DNA of 63,924 nt, filler included, from Salisapilia sapeloensis CBS 127946 (GCA_023334545.1; 14 parts of 14 records of this genome joined end to end with filler, not necessarily neighbours in it), one strand, 5' to 3'; shown: positions 21,723-32,060, counted from the first letter of the whole stretch. A program made the numbers and translations. Notes: generated by a model not told the origin, from the letters alone.

Positions 21723-24242
21723 TTAGCTTTCATTCGGTACGTCGGCCGGTGGAGTGCTGACGGGCGACGCGGTACTCACGGCACTCCCGCTTGCGGCACT
21801 CGGTCCGTTCACACTTGTCCTGCTCAGTCGATGCGCGGCCAAGGCTTCCAACACCAACGTCCTTGCGCGCTGGTAGTCCAGCGGGTCGAGCGAGTAAAGC
21901 TCCTCTGGCAGCTTCTGGGCCTCATCTCGCGTCGGGCAAAAGCCGCCAAAGTCCGACGACTTCCACACGAGGTTCCCCACTTCACTCTTCACCTGTTCCA
22001 TCTCAGCGGCAGGTAACGTCCTCTGCGCCATCTTGAGCAGTTCATAGCTCTGGATGGCGAACCGCAAGGACTCGAGTCGTAGCGTCTCGACGGGGTATCC
22101 GTCGTGTCCAGGCAGGACAAAGTACATGTCTCCCACCTTCCAATTGGGCGCTCTCCACCGGAGACTGCGCCATGGCTCTGCCGGCCAGAGACAGTAGTTC
22201 CATCGTAAGAAGCCGTCGAGCTGTAGAAAGTAGGTGAGGAAGCCCACGAGCTCCCCTTCCACGAGTGGTGACGACACAAACTGGTTCGGATACGCCGGTC
22301 CGCAGCAGACGTACCAGCACAACTTTCCTTTCTGTTCTCGAACGAGCTGATGCACTCGATTCGTCGCATTCACGTCGAGACATACGAGCGGGAGCAACGG
22401 AACGTAGTCTACGACTTGCGGCGGTGCGAAACGGAAAAAGTCAAAGTGGTTGATGGCGACTTTGACCTGGAAGCGCGGAGCAGCGCGTTGGAAGAACTGC
22501 ATCTGGGCGTAGAATACCGATAGGACGTTCGGTTCGTCTGCACACACACGGACATTGTCCACGACGCCCAGTTCGACGCAGTGGTCGTGGAGCAACGCGA
22601 GGAAGCGCTCGACTTCCTCCAGCTTCCGGAGGTAGCGCACACGCTGCGTCGTTCGATTGACGCAACGGATGCGCCATCCGTCGATGGACGGCAGTGTCGA
22701 TGCCTCTCCATTCTGTCGGGACGTGCCAGAGCTCGTGGACGAGTGGGATTGGTAGACGGAGTTGTTCACAGGTCCGTCGAAACCGTTGGCAGCATCGACC
22801 CATATGGAGAGCAGTCCAAATATCTCAATCTCCTTGTCCATGCCAAAGGACGACGCCAGTGCAAGCAGTCGATCAAAGTTTGTAAAATCGATCTGAATCC
22901 GATCGCTCGTGTCACTTTCGTACACGTCTAAGATGGCGTGTTCAAACAGTGCCGAAGGGTAGTCTGTCTCGGAGTAGCACTGCTGTCCAGCCCACGGCAT
23001 CTCGGTCGCGACGACCGTCACGCACTTTTGACCAAGCTCTGACAGAGGTTGGAAGTAGTGCTCGATCAACTCAAAGTGACGGTCGCTCCACAGAGATGCG
23101 CTGTGGATACGAGCGATGGACGTCAGGTGCTGCCATAAGTCCAGGTGGAAACCCCAGTTGCGAGGAGACGGGAGTTGGACGTTCACGACGCGAAGCTGGA
23201 CGCTTCCCTTCCACGACAGCTCTTCGTCTCGAAAGCCTGGCGGCTGTGTGAACACTCGCACTGGGATCTCGTACACGCCTTCAGGTACGTCCATCCCGAC
23301 ACGGAGACGCAAGTAGACTGCGTGTCGTCTGGCAACCGCAGGAGAATACCCTCTCTTGTCCAAGTACTCCATCCGCGTCGCTCCTGTTTCGTCCTGCACG
23401 CCGCCGACAACAAAGCTCTCACACTTGATAGAAACAGGGACAAAGGTGGTGTCGACGTGGACACGAGCACGAGGAGCGTGTCCTTGCGGCACGAACCAGT
23501 TGGCTAGATCTGTGGACAATAAAAAAGGTTTGTTCGAACGAAAGCGTAGTTGCACGCCTGTCACTTCATTCTGTCCGGACACGAGGTGGACACCTGGGTC
23601 CAAGTTGCCACTCGGCTGTTCACTTTCCTTTGGTACGTGGCTGGCTGCCCACGGCAGTTTGCGAGACTTGGATGCTGGTTTAAACCCATTCGGTTCAGCC
23701 ACAGGACTCTCTTCCTCTTCATACTCCTCTTCATCTTCGTCGTCGTCCTGGTGGTCGTACATGTCCTGCACTCGGAACTGGTTCTGACCGCCATAGTAGT
23801 CATCCATGACTGACTTGGCCATCGCAGGCGCAAACCCTGTCTGTAACCACATCTCCGGAAGCTTCCAACGACGCTTTCGTTTCGGAGTGGGTATGCTGGT
23901 CGTGAGGTCGTCGTCACGACGACCGAGAGCTGTGAATTCTAACTGCTGTTCACCATCGGTGACCAATTCAGGAAACGTTTCTTCCGGACTTACTGATAAG
24001 TTGGTTGTAGGTGACGGAGCGCCCAAGACCTCGTCCGAAATGGTCGGGCGGATCGGCTCGACGTACTCTTGCACGGCGTCCACGGCCTCTGCTATCTCGG
24101 CCGATGAGCTAGACGACATGCTTTCATCGTCAGACATACTTTCATCCGCTCGATCCGGTCGATTCGACGGAGCCGTATCAGATGACTGCGTTGGTGTTGC
24201 AGGCGGTGAGCGTGCAGGTGAGTTCGGGATACTGTCTGTCAT
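21723..24242 (-). CDS. DUF4091 / GH123-like glycoside hydrolase with acidic disordered N-terminal extension
   Basis: Intronless 839 aa: FHLDLWQH...LWSDRHFELI...LGQKCVTV...PW; DFTNFDR; CADEP; WYVCC; GFLRWNYCLWP; GDMYFVLPG; LRLESLRFAIQSYE. Confidence 0.78.
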   Translation of the reverse strand: MTDSIPNSPARSPPATPTQSSDTAPSNRPDRADESMSDDESMSSSSSAEIAEAVDAVQEYVEPIRPTISDEVLGAPSPTTNLSVSPEETFPELVTDGEQQLEFTALGRRDDDLTTSIPTPKRKRRWKLPEMWLQTGFAPAMAKSVMDDYYGGQNQFRVQDMYDHQDDDEDEEEYEEEESPVAEPNGFKPASKSRKLPWAASHVPKESEQPSGNLDPGVHLVSGQNEVTGVQLRFRSNKPFLLSTDLANWFVPQGHAPRARVHVDTTFVPVSIKCESFVVGGVQDETGATRMEYLDKRGYSPAVARRHAVYLRLRVGMDVPEGVYEIPVRVFTQPPGFRDEELSWKGSVQLRVVNVQLPSPRNWGFHLDLWQHLTSIARIHSASLWSDRHFELIEHYFQPLSELGQKCVTVVATEMPWAGQQCYSETDYPSALFEHAILDVYESDTSDRIQIDFTNFDRLLALASSFGMDKEIEIFGLLSIWVDAANGFDGPVNNSVYQSHSSTSSGTSRQNGEASTLPSIDGWRIRCVNRTTQRVRYLRKLEEVERFLALLHDHCVELGVVDNVRVCADEPNVLSVFYAQMQFFQRAAPRFQVKVAINHFDFFRFAPPQVVDYVPLLPLVCLDVNATNRVHQLVREQKGKLCWYVCCGPAYPNQFVSSPLVEGELVGFLTYFLQLDGFLRWNYCLWPAEPWRSLRWRAPNWKVGDMYFVLPGHDGYPVETLRLESLRFAIQSYELLKMAQRTLPAAEMEQVKSEVGNLVWKSSDFGGFCPTRDEAQKLPEELYSLDPLDYQRARTLVLEALAAHRLSRTSVNGPSAASGSAVSTASPVSTPPADVPNES

Positions 24243-24515
24243 GACTCCCTTGAATAAATCTTAATTTGCAATTAAACCTTGCAAATCTGAGGTTCCAAGT
24301 ATCTTGTATACTTTCGCCACTAGACAAGGTACTATTTGCCAAGAGCTGATGCTGAGCAGAGTCACGTCTCGCGTCCAAGACACACCGAGGTCCTAGTATA
24401 CGAATGAAAATGGCTTTTGGAGTCAAATTGGCAGGCGAAAATTTTGATGTCACAATTAACAGCTAGCTAGCATGAGTCATCCTGTTACGACCTGATCCAC
24501 CCGACAGAAGACAAG

Positions 24516-25001
24516 ATGGTGCTCTATGTGCTCTACGTCAAGGCCGATCTGGAGAATGTTGGACAGTTGAAGGCGCCGGAGCATCACCAGTGGTGCCTGG
24601 ATGTCAAGCAGCCCACTAGTGAGGAAGTGCGTAAAGGCGTGTTCGTGTCGGATGAGGAGGTCATCGATGTGGCTGGCGGTCGCGGAGAAGTCCACTTTAC
24701 GCTCAAGTGGCCCGGAGCGAAGACCGCTGCTCAGCTCTCGGTCGTTCGTGACGTGAAAAAACTGACTCGGGTGGTCACTGGAGACGATTCGGGGGAGTAC
24801 GTGCCTTTCGTCGGCTTTGAATGCCGAGGACTGGAGCCGTATGCGTGGTATCCAGAGGGAGGATACACCGTCGTGTCGGAAGGCGAGACGGCCGTCTTTA
24901 GAGACGTGGACTTATCCGATGACTGGGCAGATTACGACGAAGAAGGCGAGCAGTCCGTTGGTATCTACCAAGTCGAGCACAAGTTCCAAGTGCACAAGTA
25001 A
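24516..25001 (+). CDS. DUF866/UPF0587 (CZIB/C1orf123-like) protein lacking both CxxC motifs
   Basis: LYVKADLENV, GGRG, FECRGLEP, DLSDDWADYDEEGEQSVGIY match the family; CxxC positions read KQPTSEE and KWPGAKT. Confidence 0.85.
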   Translation: MVLYVLYVKADLENVGQLKAPEHHQWCLDVKQPTSEEVRKGVFVSDEEVIDVAGGRGEVHFTLKWPGAKTAAQLSVVRDVKKLTRVVTGDDSGEYVPFVGFECRGLEPYAWYPEGGYTVVSEGETAVFRDVDLSDDWADYDEEGEQSVGIYQVEHKFQVHK

Positions 25002-25072
25002 TCAAAGTCCAACAGGCACTATTTTTAGCTTGCGATAGTCGCAAAGTCTTCTCCTTAGGCTGTCATTATGCT

Positions 25073-25168
25073 TCATGCACTATCTTTCTCCTCCATGTCC
25101 TTTTGCAGCTCCTGGGAGACCTCATTTAAAAGACTGTCAAAGTCCCATGGCTCGTCCTTTTCCTCCAC
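25073..25168 (-). CDS. IFT43: Last exon of IFT43-like protein, copy B
   Basis: Identical to copy A through DMEEK, then ends DSA*. Confidence 0.55.
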   Translation of the reverse strand: MEEKDEPWDFDSLLNEVSQELQKDMEEKDSA

Positions 25169-25323
25169 CTTTGTCATGCACACGTTACTTGAATGGATCT
25201 GTTTAGTATGGAAATGTAGCTTANNNNNNNNNNNNNNNNNNNNNNNNNNNNNNNNNNNNNNNNNNNNTTAATTAATTAANNNNNNNNNNNNNNNNNNNNN
25301 NNNNNNNNNNNNNNNNNNNNNNN

Positions 25324-25464
25324 GCTGGATCAAGAGGACGCTGTACTCGACCTCCTCGGCGTTCCATCGGCCTTTGCGAGGTTTACAGATGTAGGTGAAG
25401 ATACTGCCTGGTTCAAAGCCCTGGCGGAAGAAGGTGGTGGCCCAGTCGACTTCTCCGTTGCGAT
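25324..25464. repeat. 141-bp perfect inverted repeat with 27962-28102 (both ends of the same contig)
   Basis: Exact reverse complement; identity ends abruptly at ...TTC (T/C)AT CGC AAC. Confidence 0.95.
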
Positions 25465-25981
25465 AGAAACACAGTTGCTCGGAGCGAAGATGAGCTTTCG
25501 AACGCAAGATCTGCGTCAGTACCGACTTTCGACCGCTGGATCTTGTGCCAGCATACGTCAAAGGTGGTGCTTTGGACACCTGCATCAAGCACGCGAGTGG
25601 TTTCGGTCGATACGCATTCGCGAACGGGACAGGAGGCGAGAGACATGCCTGGCTTCTCTCCACCTGCTGTGCCCAAGGCGACCACGGCACTACATGCCGA
25701 TCTCTATCTTCGCCCTCGATACTTTCCGAGCTGTCCATGCCACTCCAACTAGCAGCACTAGTTGATGTACTCGTGTCGCTCACGGGAGACAGATGGCGAC
25801 TCGTAGACAGCATATCGGTCGTCCGTTGGAGCTTCATCGAAGGGACATCCTTCTCTTCTAGAGACGGAAAGCGGCGCTTGAGGGCGGTTCGAAGGCTCGG
25901 GAGCGTATTGGATGCGTCTGATGGCTGTAGCACAGGTGCCGGTGGGAATCGGGGGAGTCGTTGGATGGAAGTGGATGTCAT
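25324..25981 (-). CDS. Oomycete Myb-like HTH family protein, copy A (3'-truncated)
   Basis: S/P-rich N-terminus, then VDWATTFFRQGFEPGSIFTYICKPRKGRWNAEEVEYSVLLIQ (stramenopile RKG.W..EE..Y...LI motif). Confidence 0.65.
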
Positions 25982-27420
25982 GGAGATCTAGCAAAGGGCT
26001 ACTGTTCGTACTCAAATTTCCCGTTCGTCTCGTTTTCTACTAGCGCACGTGAGAAAGTCGTAATATCCTGACAATGGGTCGCCTCATACAATGCGCAGGT
26101 GAGCTCGAGAACGGGATAACGTTTCTAGCCCTTCCATTTTTCATGCTCTGATCTTTTGGATCGCATGCAATAACGTTGAAGGAAAGTTTTCTTCTCTGAT
26201 TCTTGGTGCTAGGTGTCCTAACATCGAAAGCCTCCGATAAGACGACGTAACGTCCTTCGATGGAAGATCCCACGACGTTTGTCTCTCCCTCGTATGCGTG
26301 TAGTGTTTTGTGTCTAGAAGGAAACAGACAGGTAAAAAGCTTGGCTCTCGCGAAAGATGTGGTTAGCAGTAGAAGAGTGCTAGATCGATAGCTGTGCATG
26401 CGTTCCTCTAATTTAAGTTATGATGCCGGAATGCCCGTTGCGTCGAATCAGGGACCCTGTCCCACCAAACGGAGGTCTTTCCCGTAGAGAGTTAAAATCG
26501 AGGATGCGCCTTTGCACTCGCCTCTGTAACAATTTGTTTGGCAATGGGTCCAACTCTGTTTCGTTTATAAGTAGCTTAATCTTAACAGTTGCTGTCAAAT
26601 AGGAGGAGCAAAGGCAGGTTGCTCGTGGTAAAGCCACGTACAAAGGTGAGAATGAGAGGCGAGACTTAAGCAGATGAGAGCAGAAGGAAGAAACCATAAG
26701 AGAGTACTCGAATTCGAACTCAAGGCTTCTATTTCGCTCCTGACTGTCTACTTTTATCGCATATTTCTATTTCTGGCAAGCCTTAAAGCTATAAATGGAC
26801 GTAAGTTGGTTAGTAGAACTACTTGTCTGCTTAGGCTAAAGCGAGTGTATATGTTAACGGCTAGGGATAGACAAAAGCCGCTAAATGCTAATTTATCTAC
26901 GATTTCCATGCCACGGGAGCGACTAGGCTCGTGTTCATATCGCAGGCCTTCAATCTCTGGATTACATGGCCAGGCTAGAGACCGAGGGACGTATCGAACC
27001 ATCTACGTCTTAATACCACTGCAAACACTGTTGAAAGCCCACTTCACTCGTTGCCGCATGTGCTCGTATGTTCGTGAGCGCCTTCAAACGGCGTTGGCAT
27101 CTTCGTGAGACTATGTAGGGTACACAATCTGTATGAGCTCCTATCCTTGTTTGGCGCTGAATTTGTCCAGCTCAAGTCGTTTCAGCGTGCGATCCGTTGG
27201 TTTTTTATAGCGAAGCGAGTGTTCGGCCGCATGCGTCGGCCATTTATCATTCTACCGAGCGCACCACAAGCATCTCGGAGCATCATTATCGATCGTTGTG
27301 TCGACGGTTACAAGTACGATTGATAGCCGGGCAGAAGAAAACGCTTTTTCATTCTCTTTGATCGACTCTACCCGAGAGCCACAAGGATACAAGAGTGCTT
27401 GAGATCATAGGCTCAATCGG

Positions 27421-28102
27421 ATGAAGTGGCTGCACGAACAACCAAACAGCAGATACCAAACGCCACAGCGTCCCGATCGACCGACGATGTCTTCAAGTCT
27501 TCAGTTCGGAAACCAGTTATTACAGAGACTCCCGAGTCTCCGTGTTGTGCTCAAACGTCGCTTCCCGTCGCAAGAGGAGAGGTACGTTCCTCCCATGAAG
27601 CTCCAGCGGACGGTCGATATGCTGTCTGCAAGCCACCAACTATCTCCTAGGAGTGACACGAGTACTTCCGTTGGTACTGCCAACCGTGATGAGATGGACA
27701 ACTATGAAGCAAGTGGGTATGTAAGGAGAAATTACCAACCGGTGTCGTGGGCACCGTGGGCACCTCCACCGGAAAAGAGTCCAAAGTCCGTCTCTCCTCC
27801 AGTCTCCGCTGCAAACCTGCCGGAGTCAAAAGAGTGTATGTCTGACACACCGACGTCGCCACTGAAAACAGACGACGAGATGCTGCTTAGTCTCGACGTG
27901 TCGCCTGCAGTCCGGTTGATCTACACCAAGGGACTTCTCGTCCGCGAGAGACTTTCGTTCCATCGCAACGGAGAAGTCGACTGGGCCACCACCTTCTTCC
28001 GCCAGGGCTTTGAACCAGGCAGTATCTTCACCTACATCTGTAAACCTCGCAAAGGCCGATGGAACGCCGAGGAGGTCGAGTACAGCGTCCTCTTGATCCA
28101 GC
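27421..28102 (+). CDS. Oomycete Myb-like HTH family protein, copy B (3'-truncated)
   Basis: Paralog of copy A (LPSLR..LKRRFPS.EE..VP.MKLQRT.DMLS...LSP.SDTSTS shared); Inr-like TTCATTCTC near 27348. Confidence 0.65.
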
Positions 28103-28204
28103 NNNNNNNNNNNNNNNNNNNNNNNNNNNNNNNNNNNNNNNNNNNNTTAATTAATTAANNNNNNNNNNNNNNNNNNNNNNNNNNNNNNNNNNNNNNNNNN
28201 NNAC

Positions 28205-28450
28205 GAGTTCCACATTGGTCTCTTGACGCTGACCACGGATGGAAGCGAGCCCAAAATGGCCGCAGAGCAAGACATCCTGTCCTACAATGGTGTGTCCATT
28301 GAAACATCGGCTCCCTCTGAATCGTCTGCTCCTGTTTCCAATGTTGGAAACCAAGAGAGCGCTCAAAGCGAAACGATGGGTGAAGCGAGCGAAGAAGAAG
28401 AGCCTGTCAAGACGCCGACCGCAGAGGCTTCAACTGCGGATGAAGGGTAA
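28205..28450 (+). CDS. 3' end of a probable secreted protein (possibly a glycoside hydrolase) with S/T/E/P-rich tail
   Basis: Open from the contig start: EFHIGLLTLTTDGSEPKMAAEQ resembles the last strand/helix of clan-A GH barrels (HFGL...DG.PK.A), followed by a linker-like tail. Confidence 0.4.
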   Translation, partial: EFHIGLLTLTTDGSEPKMAAEQDILSYNGVSIETSAPSESSAPVSNVGNQESAQSETMGEASEEEEPVKTPTAEASTADEG

Positions 28451-28559
28451 ACAGAGTCACCAACTGTGACTCCGACGCCGGCACCGAACACGTCTGCTCC
28501 GAGCAAGTGCAAGAGTCGCGTTTAAATACAGCTGGATGCTCTATATGCCTAACTGGACA

Positions 28560-29520
28560 AATGTTGCCCGCATGAAACTTGTGGGCAACTTCGCAACATC
28601 GATCTAGGCCACATCTTCGTGTTTTGTCCAGCAGCGCACCGTCTAAAGGAAGCCTTCCAACGCAGATGGTGTGAGCTAGGCATGGAGCAAACTAATTTCA
28701 TTAACGCGGTTTTCTCATTGACACTCCGCACCTTCCCACGCGAAGTATTGAATTTAGCGCCCGAAATGAATCTACTAACGACCGAAGTGATTGCAGATAT
28801 CAATGAGCTGGTCACGGGCATCCTAGGCAAATGATGGGCGGGCGGAGCAGCAACAATGCTTCACGCGATCTGGAGATGGAGAACAGACCACTTTAGTGAT
28901 GATTCACCAACAAATGAGAATGTACAAATGGCTCGAATGCATTATCGCTTACGAAAATGCTATACGAATATTCTATACACATTTCCACAGTACAAAATCA
29001 CTCAGGTTCATCGCTTAGCACTCTGCACGATTCACAGAGTGCTGCTAGGTCAGCAATTTACACCCAGTCATCTACCACCACAGCACAGTGACAAATATGT
29101 CATGTTTATCACTGGTGTCGTTGAGGGAACTAAAGCAAGTGGTGGCATTGGAGTGGTTATCGTAAAGTTGAGTGCAGCCACTACAACGGCTCAGGTCTGT
29201 TGGGCCACAGGTCAGTCTGCCAACACTGATCAACCCATCACCATTTTCGGACTACTTCACCAGGGCTTTTATCTTGGAATCCAAACTTGTATTGCTCGCG
29301 ACTGGGGACCTTTGCACGTCGCCACCGAGTCGAATGCTATTATTTTCCAATACTCACGACGTAAGCCACTTCGAAGAAAGCATCTTCGTAATGCTTTCCG
29401 GACATGTTTGCGCTTAGCAGACACTCACAAGGTTGTCTCTTGAACTGCCACTGCCAAGACCTATAATGAGGCTGCGTATCGGCTTGCAGCCGACGCGCAC
29501 AAGGTTCAAGCGTTGATCAC
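28560..29520 (+). mobile_element. Degenerate non-LTR (L1-like) retrotransposon 3' part: CCHC knuckle + RNase H-like domain
   Basis: CPHETC...LGHIFVFCPAA, HAIWRWR, then YVMFITG...SGGIGVVIV...GPLHVATESNAII...RLAD...*...YNEAAYRLA; stops and loss of catalytic acids. Confidence 0.65.
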
Positions 29521-30129
29521 GATTGATCTACAAATAGTTGGAGTCCAAGTTCCGATGCCAAACTCGCTCAATCCAATCGTTGGGGGGGATCTTAGCCGAT
29601 GGTTAGAGCTCACGGACAATGGAGATGTAGAGCGTAGGCCAACCTAAAGATTATGCGTAATGAACGGCGGAGCCAGTGTGACGGCACATAAATAGCGTGT
29701 GCTGTGAAGGACATTAGACATCGTAAATAACTCGACGTCAATGTACCTCATTTCAAAATCAAAATGAACAAACAAAGCCTTTGATTTGGAAGAGTGTAGT
29801 GTTGATATTTGATTGTCTAAAGGCTGGCTTCATTTGCGGCTGGGCCAAGCTCATCTGTGCTTTCAAATGATTGATTAGCAGCAGCAGTGTCTGTTGTTGA
29901 GGCAGTTTCTTACAATGAGTTACTAGGTGTGAGAATATTATCTTGAGCTGATGCATAGTTGGTGTCATTGTCACATTCGAAAACTCTGTCACGAATAGTA
30001 TTATTCGCATTAACAAATACTGGGGTCGTTCTCGCAACGATCGTAGCTGATTCGAGCATTTCGCTAATGTTTTGTTAGTTGTGCCGTGAAAACTGGCACC
30101 GCCGGACAGGATCAGCATCCGATACATTA

Positions 30130-30550
30130 AATAGTTCGGTCCAAGCCATCTCATTTAATATATCATTCTATTATTACATAGATTTAGCAACTAAGAACGA
30201 TGCTTTATATCGCATCTATCGAAATTTTGTTTCCTTTGCTGCTGCAATTGCAACCTTGCTGCCTATTGGACGCTTGGATTGATCGCTCTCATCATATTCA
30301 TCGGTTGATACGCTCTCGAAAGTGTGCTTGTTGATAGGCTGAGGTTTCCATGTCTCTTTTGACGAAAATAGCTCATATGCACTCATAAACACTAATTGAG
30401 TCTTATGCCGTGCTTCTTACATTTTCATTGCACCATGCATTTTCTCGGCATCCGTAGTGCCGCTTTCGTTAAGTTTATTTTTCATCGAGACATAGCCTGA
30501 AAACCGTCCAGCTTCTCGGTTGATGTCAACTTATCTACTTTTGATTGCTG
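30130..30550 (-). mobile_element. PIF/Harbinger-type Myb-like/NAM-associated ORF relic
   Basis: Single frame with stops: AIKSR*VDINREAGRFSGY...NESGTTD...AMKM*...VFMSAYELF...TWK...KRPIGSKVA; stops fall where W and Y are expected. Confidence 0.6.
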
Positions 30551-31900
30551 NNNNNNNNNNNNNNNNNNNNNNNNNNNNNNNNNNNNNNNNNNNNTTAATT
30601 AATTAANNNNNNNNNNNNNNNNNNNNNNNNNNNNNNNNNNNNNNNNNNNNACCAGAGTATGCCGACAACGAGGTAGCGATCTTGAGTCAACCACCAAAAC
30701 CTTTGTTTTTCAAGATTCCAATTTTAGCATCTATGGATAGAACGCACTCCAAAGTGCCTAATAAGATGGTTTAGAGTCTCTACATGTCATCTCTTGCCTC
30801 ATGAGAGCTCACTGGAAGATCTATCCGTACTTTCAAGTATCTCCACTTGAAGTTTGTAGGAACGCACCTCAAGCTTGAACGCGAAAGGTCAGAGCATCGG
30901 AAGTGGAAGCTCACGAATAGATTGACGACATAGCGAGTACGTATAGCGTGCTTTTGACACCCTTGGAGAAATATAAAAGAGCTCTTTTATGCTGTCTACT
31001 TGTTGACGACTCCAGATCAGTCTCGCAATGTCCTCTTCGTCTCAAAGGAAGCCGTTTTGGGCCGCCAGATCTCCGTATATGGTGACGTTCATATCGCCCA
31101 CGCATCATGAGGATGCGCTATAGGTTTCTATTTGATGGCTTGATTTCAGTTCAAATAGAAACTCGCCAGTAATGGCCATCGCAGCAATGCCTCCGTCCTC
31201 GCAGATACCCATTCCATCTTCTCATCGACTGCGAAAGCCAAGACGACCTATGGTTTCGTCTTAAGCTCGTATACGATATCGAGCTATTTTGCTTTTGCTT
31301 GACCACCACCCTGCATGTACATAACGCGTTAATCTCGAAGGCATCGTTCAAAGACGTTTCTGTATGTACTCCAGTGTCGACAGCATATCTGTTCAGGAAT
31401 ACATTTTCATGTATTTTCTCAAGAGTAAACAATGAATGAATTAGGCCGTGGTAACGCTGAGTACCGATTCCCGACCATTGGGAATTCGCATATTGTCATT
31501 CTATTCATGGCAATCGAATCGGCAAAGTCTGCGGTAGTTGAAAATTGCAGGTTTTACTTTGCCACTTGTCGTTGGAAACCAAACATATCACTACAATAAA
31601 ACTTCCCCGCCGAACGAGGAGTACAAAGGCAAGTGATCAGCGTTGCCAATGGACACGCCGCTTCATACTCTTGGTCTAAATTGCCTCTCGAGCTCCGTCC
31701 TCTGTTATAAGTGAGGTTTCCATTGCTATGCTCGCTGTATCACGATCTGTGTGAAAGCTGCAACATGCAGATGACGTTCTTGGAGCGAATTGGGCCTGGA
31801 NNNNNNNNNNNNNNNNNNNNNNNNNNNNNNNNNNNNNNNNNNNNTTAATTAATTAANNNNNNNNNNNNNNNNNNNNNNNNNNNNNNNNNNNNNNNNNNNN

Positions 31901-32060
31901 CCTCCACCTCGTAAACGAATGTGGGCGTATCTTCCGTCTCCGCGACACCATCCGTGCCTTGCAGAGCAATAGCAGAGTCGTTGGATTCCAAAGAGTAAAT
32001 CTGGCCTTGTCCTTGGTTGACAAAGTACCCGTTGTTCCATAGCACTTGAAAGAGAACTAG
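31901..32060 (-). pseudogene. Orphan fragment of a GH6 paralog (end of catalytic domain + tail)
   Basis: LFQVLWNNGYFVNQG matches FFKQLWDNGYFVQDE of the adjacent GH6; upstream in-frame stop and no 5' part. Confidence 0.5.

Noticed and set aside
12466-28102. Both inverted repeats being exactly 141 bp as a biological unit length or TIRs of one transposon family
   Set aside because: The two repeats are unrelated in sequence and coding; 141 equals the default maximum k of MEGAHIT, so the length is an assembly signature and only a lower bound
30651-31800. Short ORFs on this contig
   Set aside because: No supportable homology or gene model
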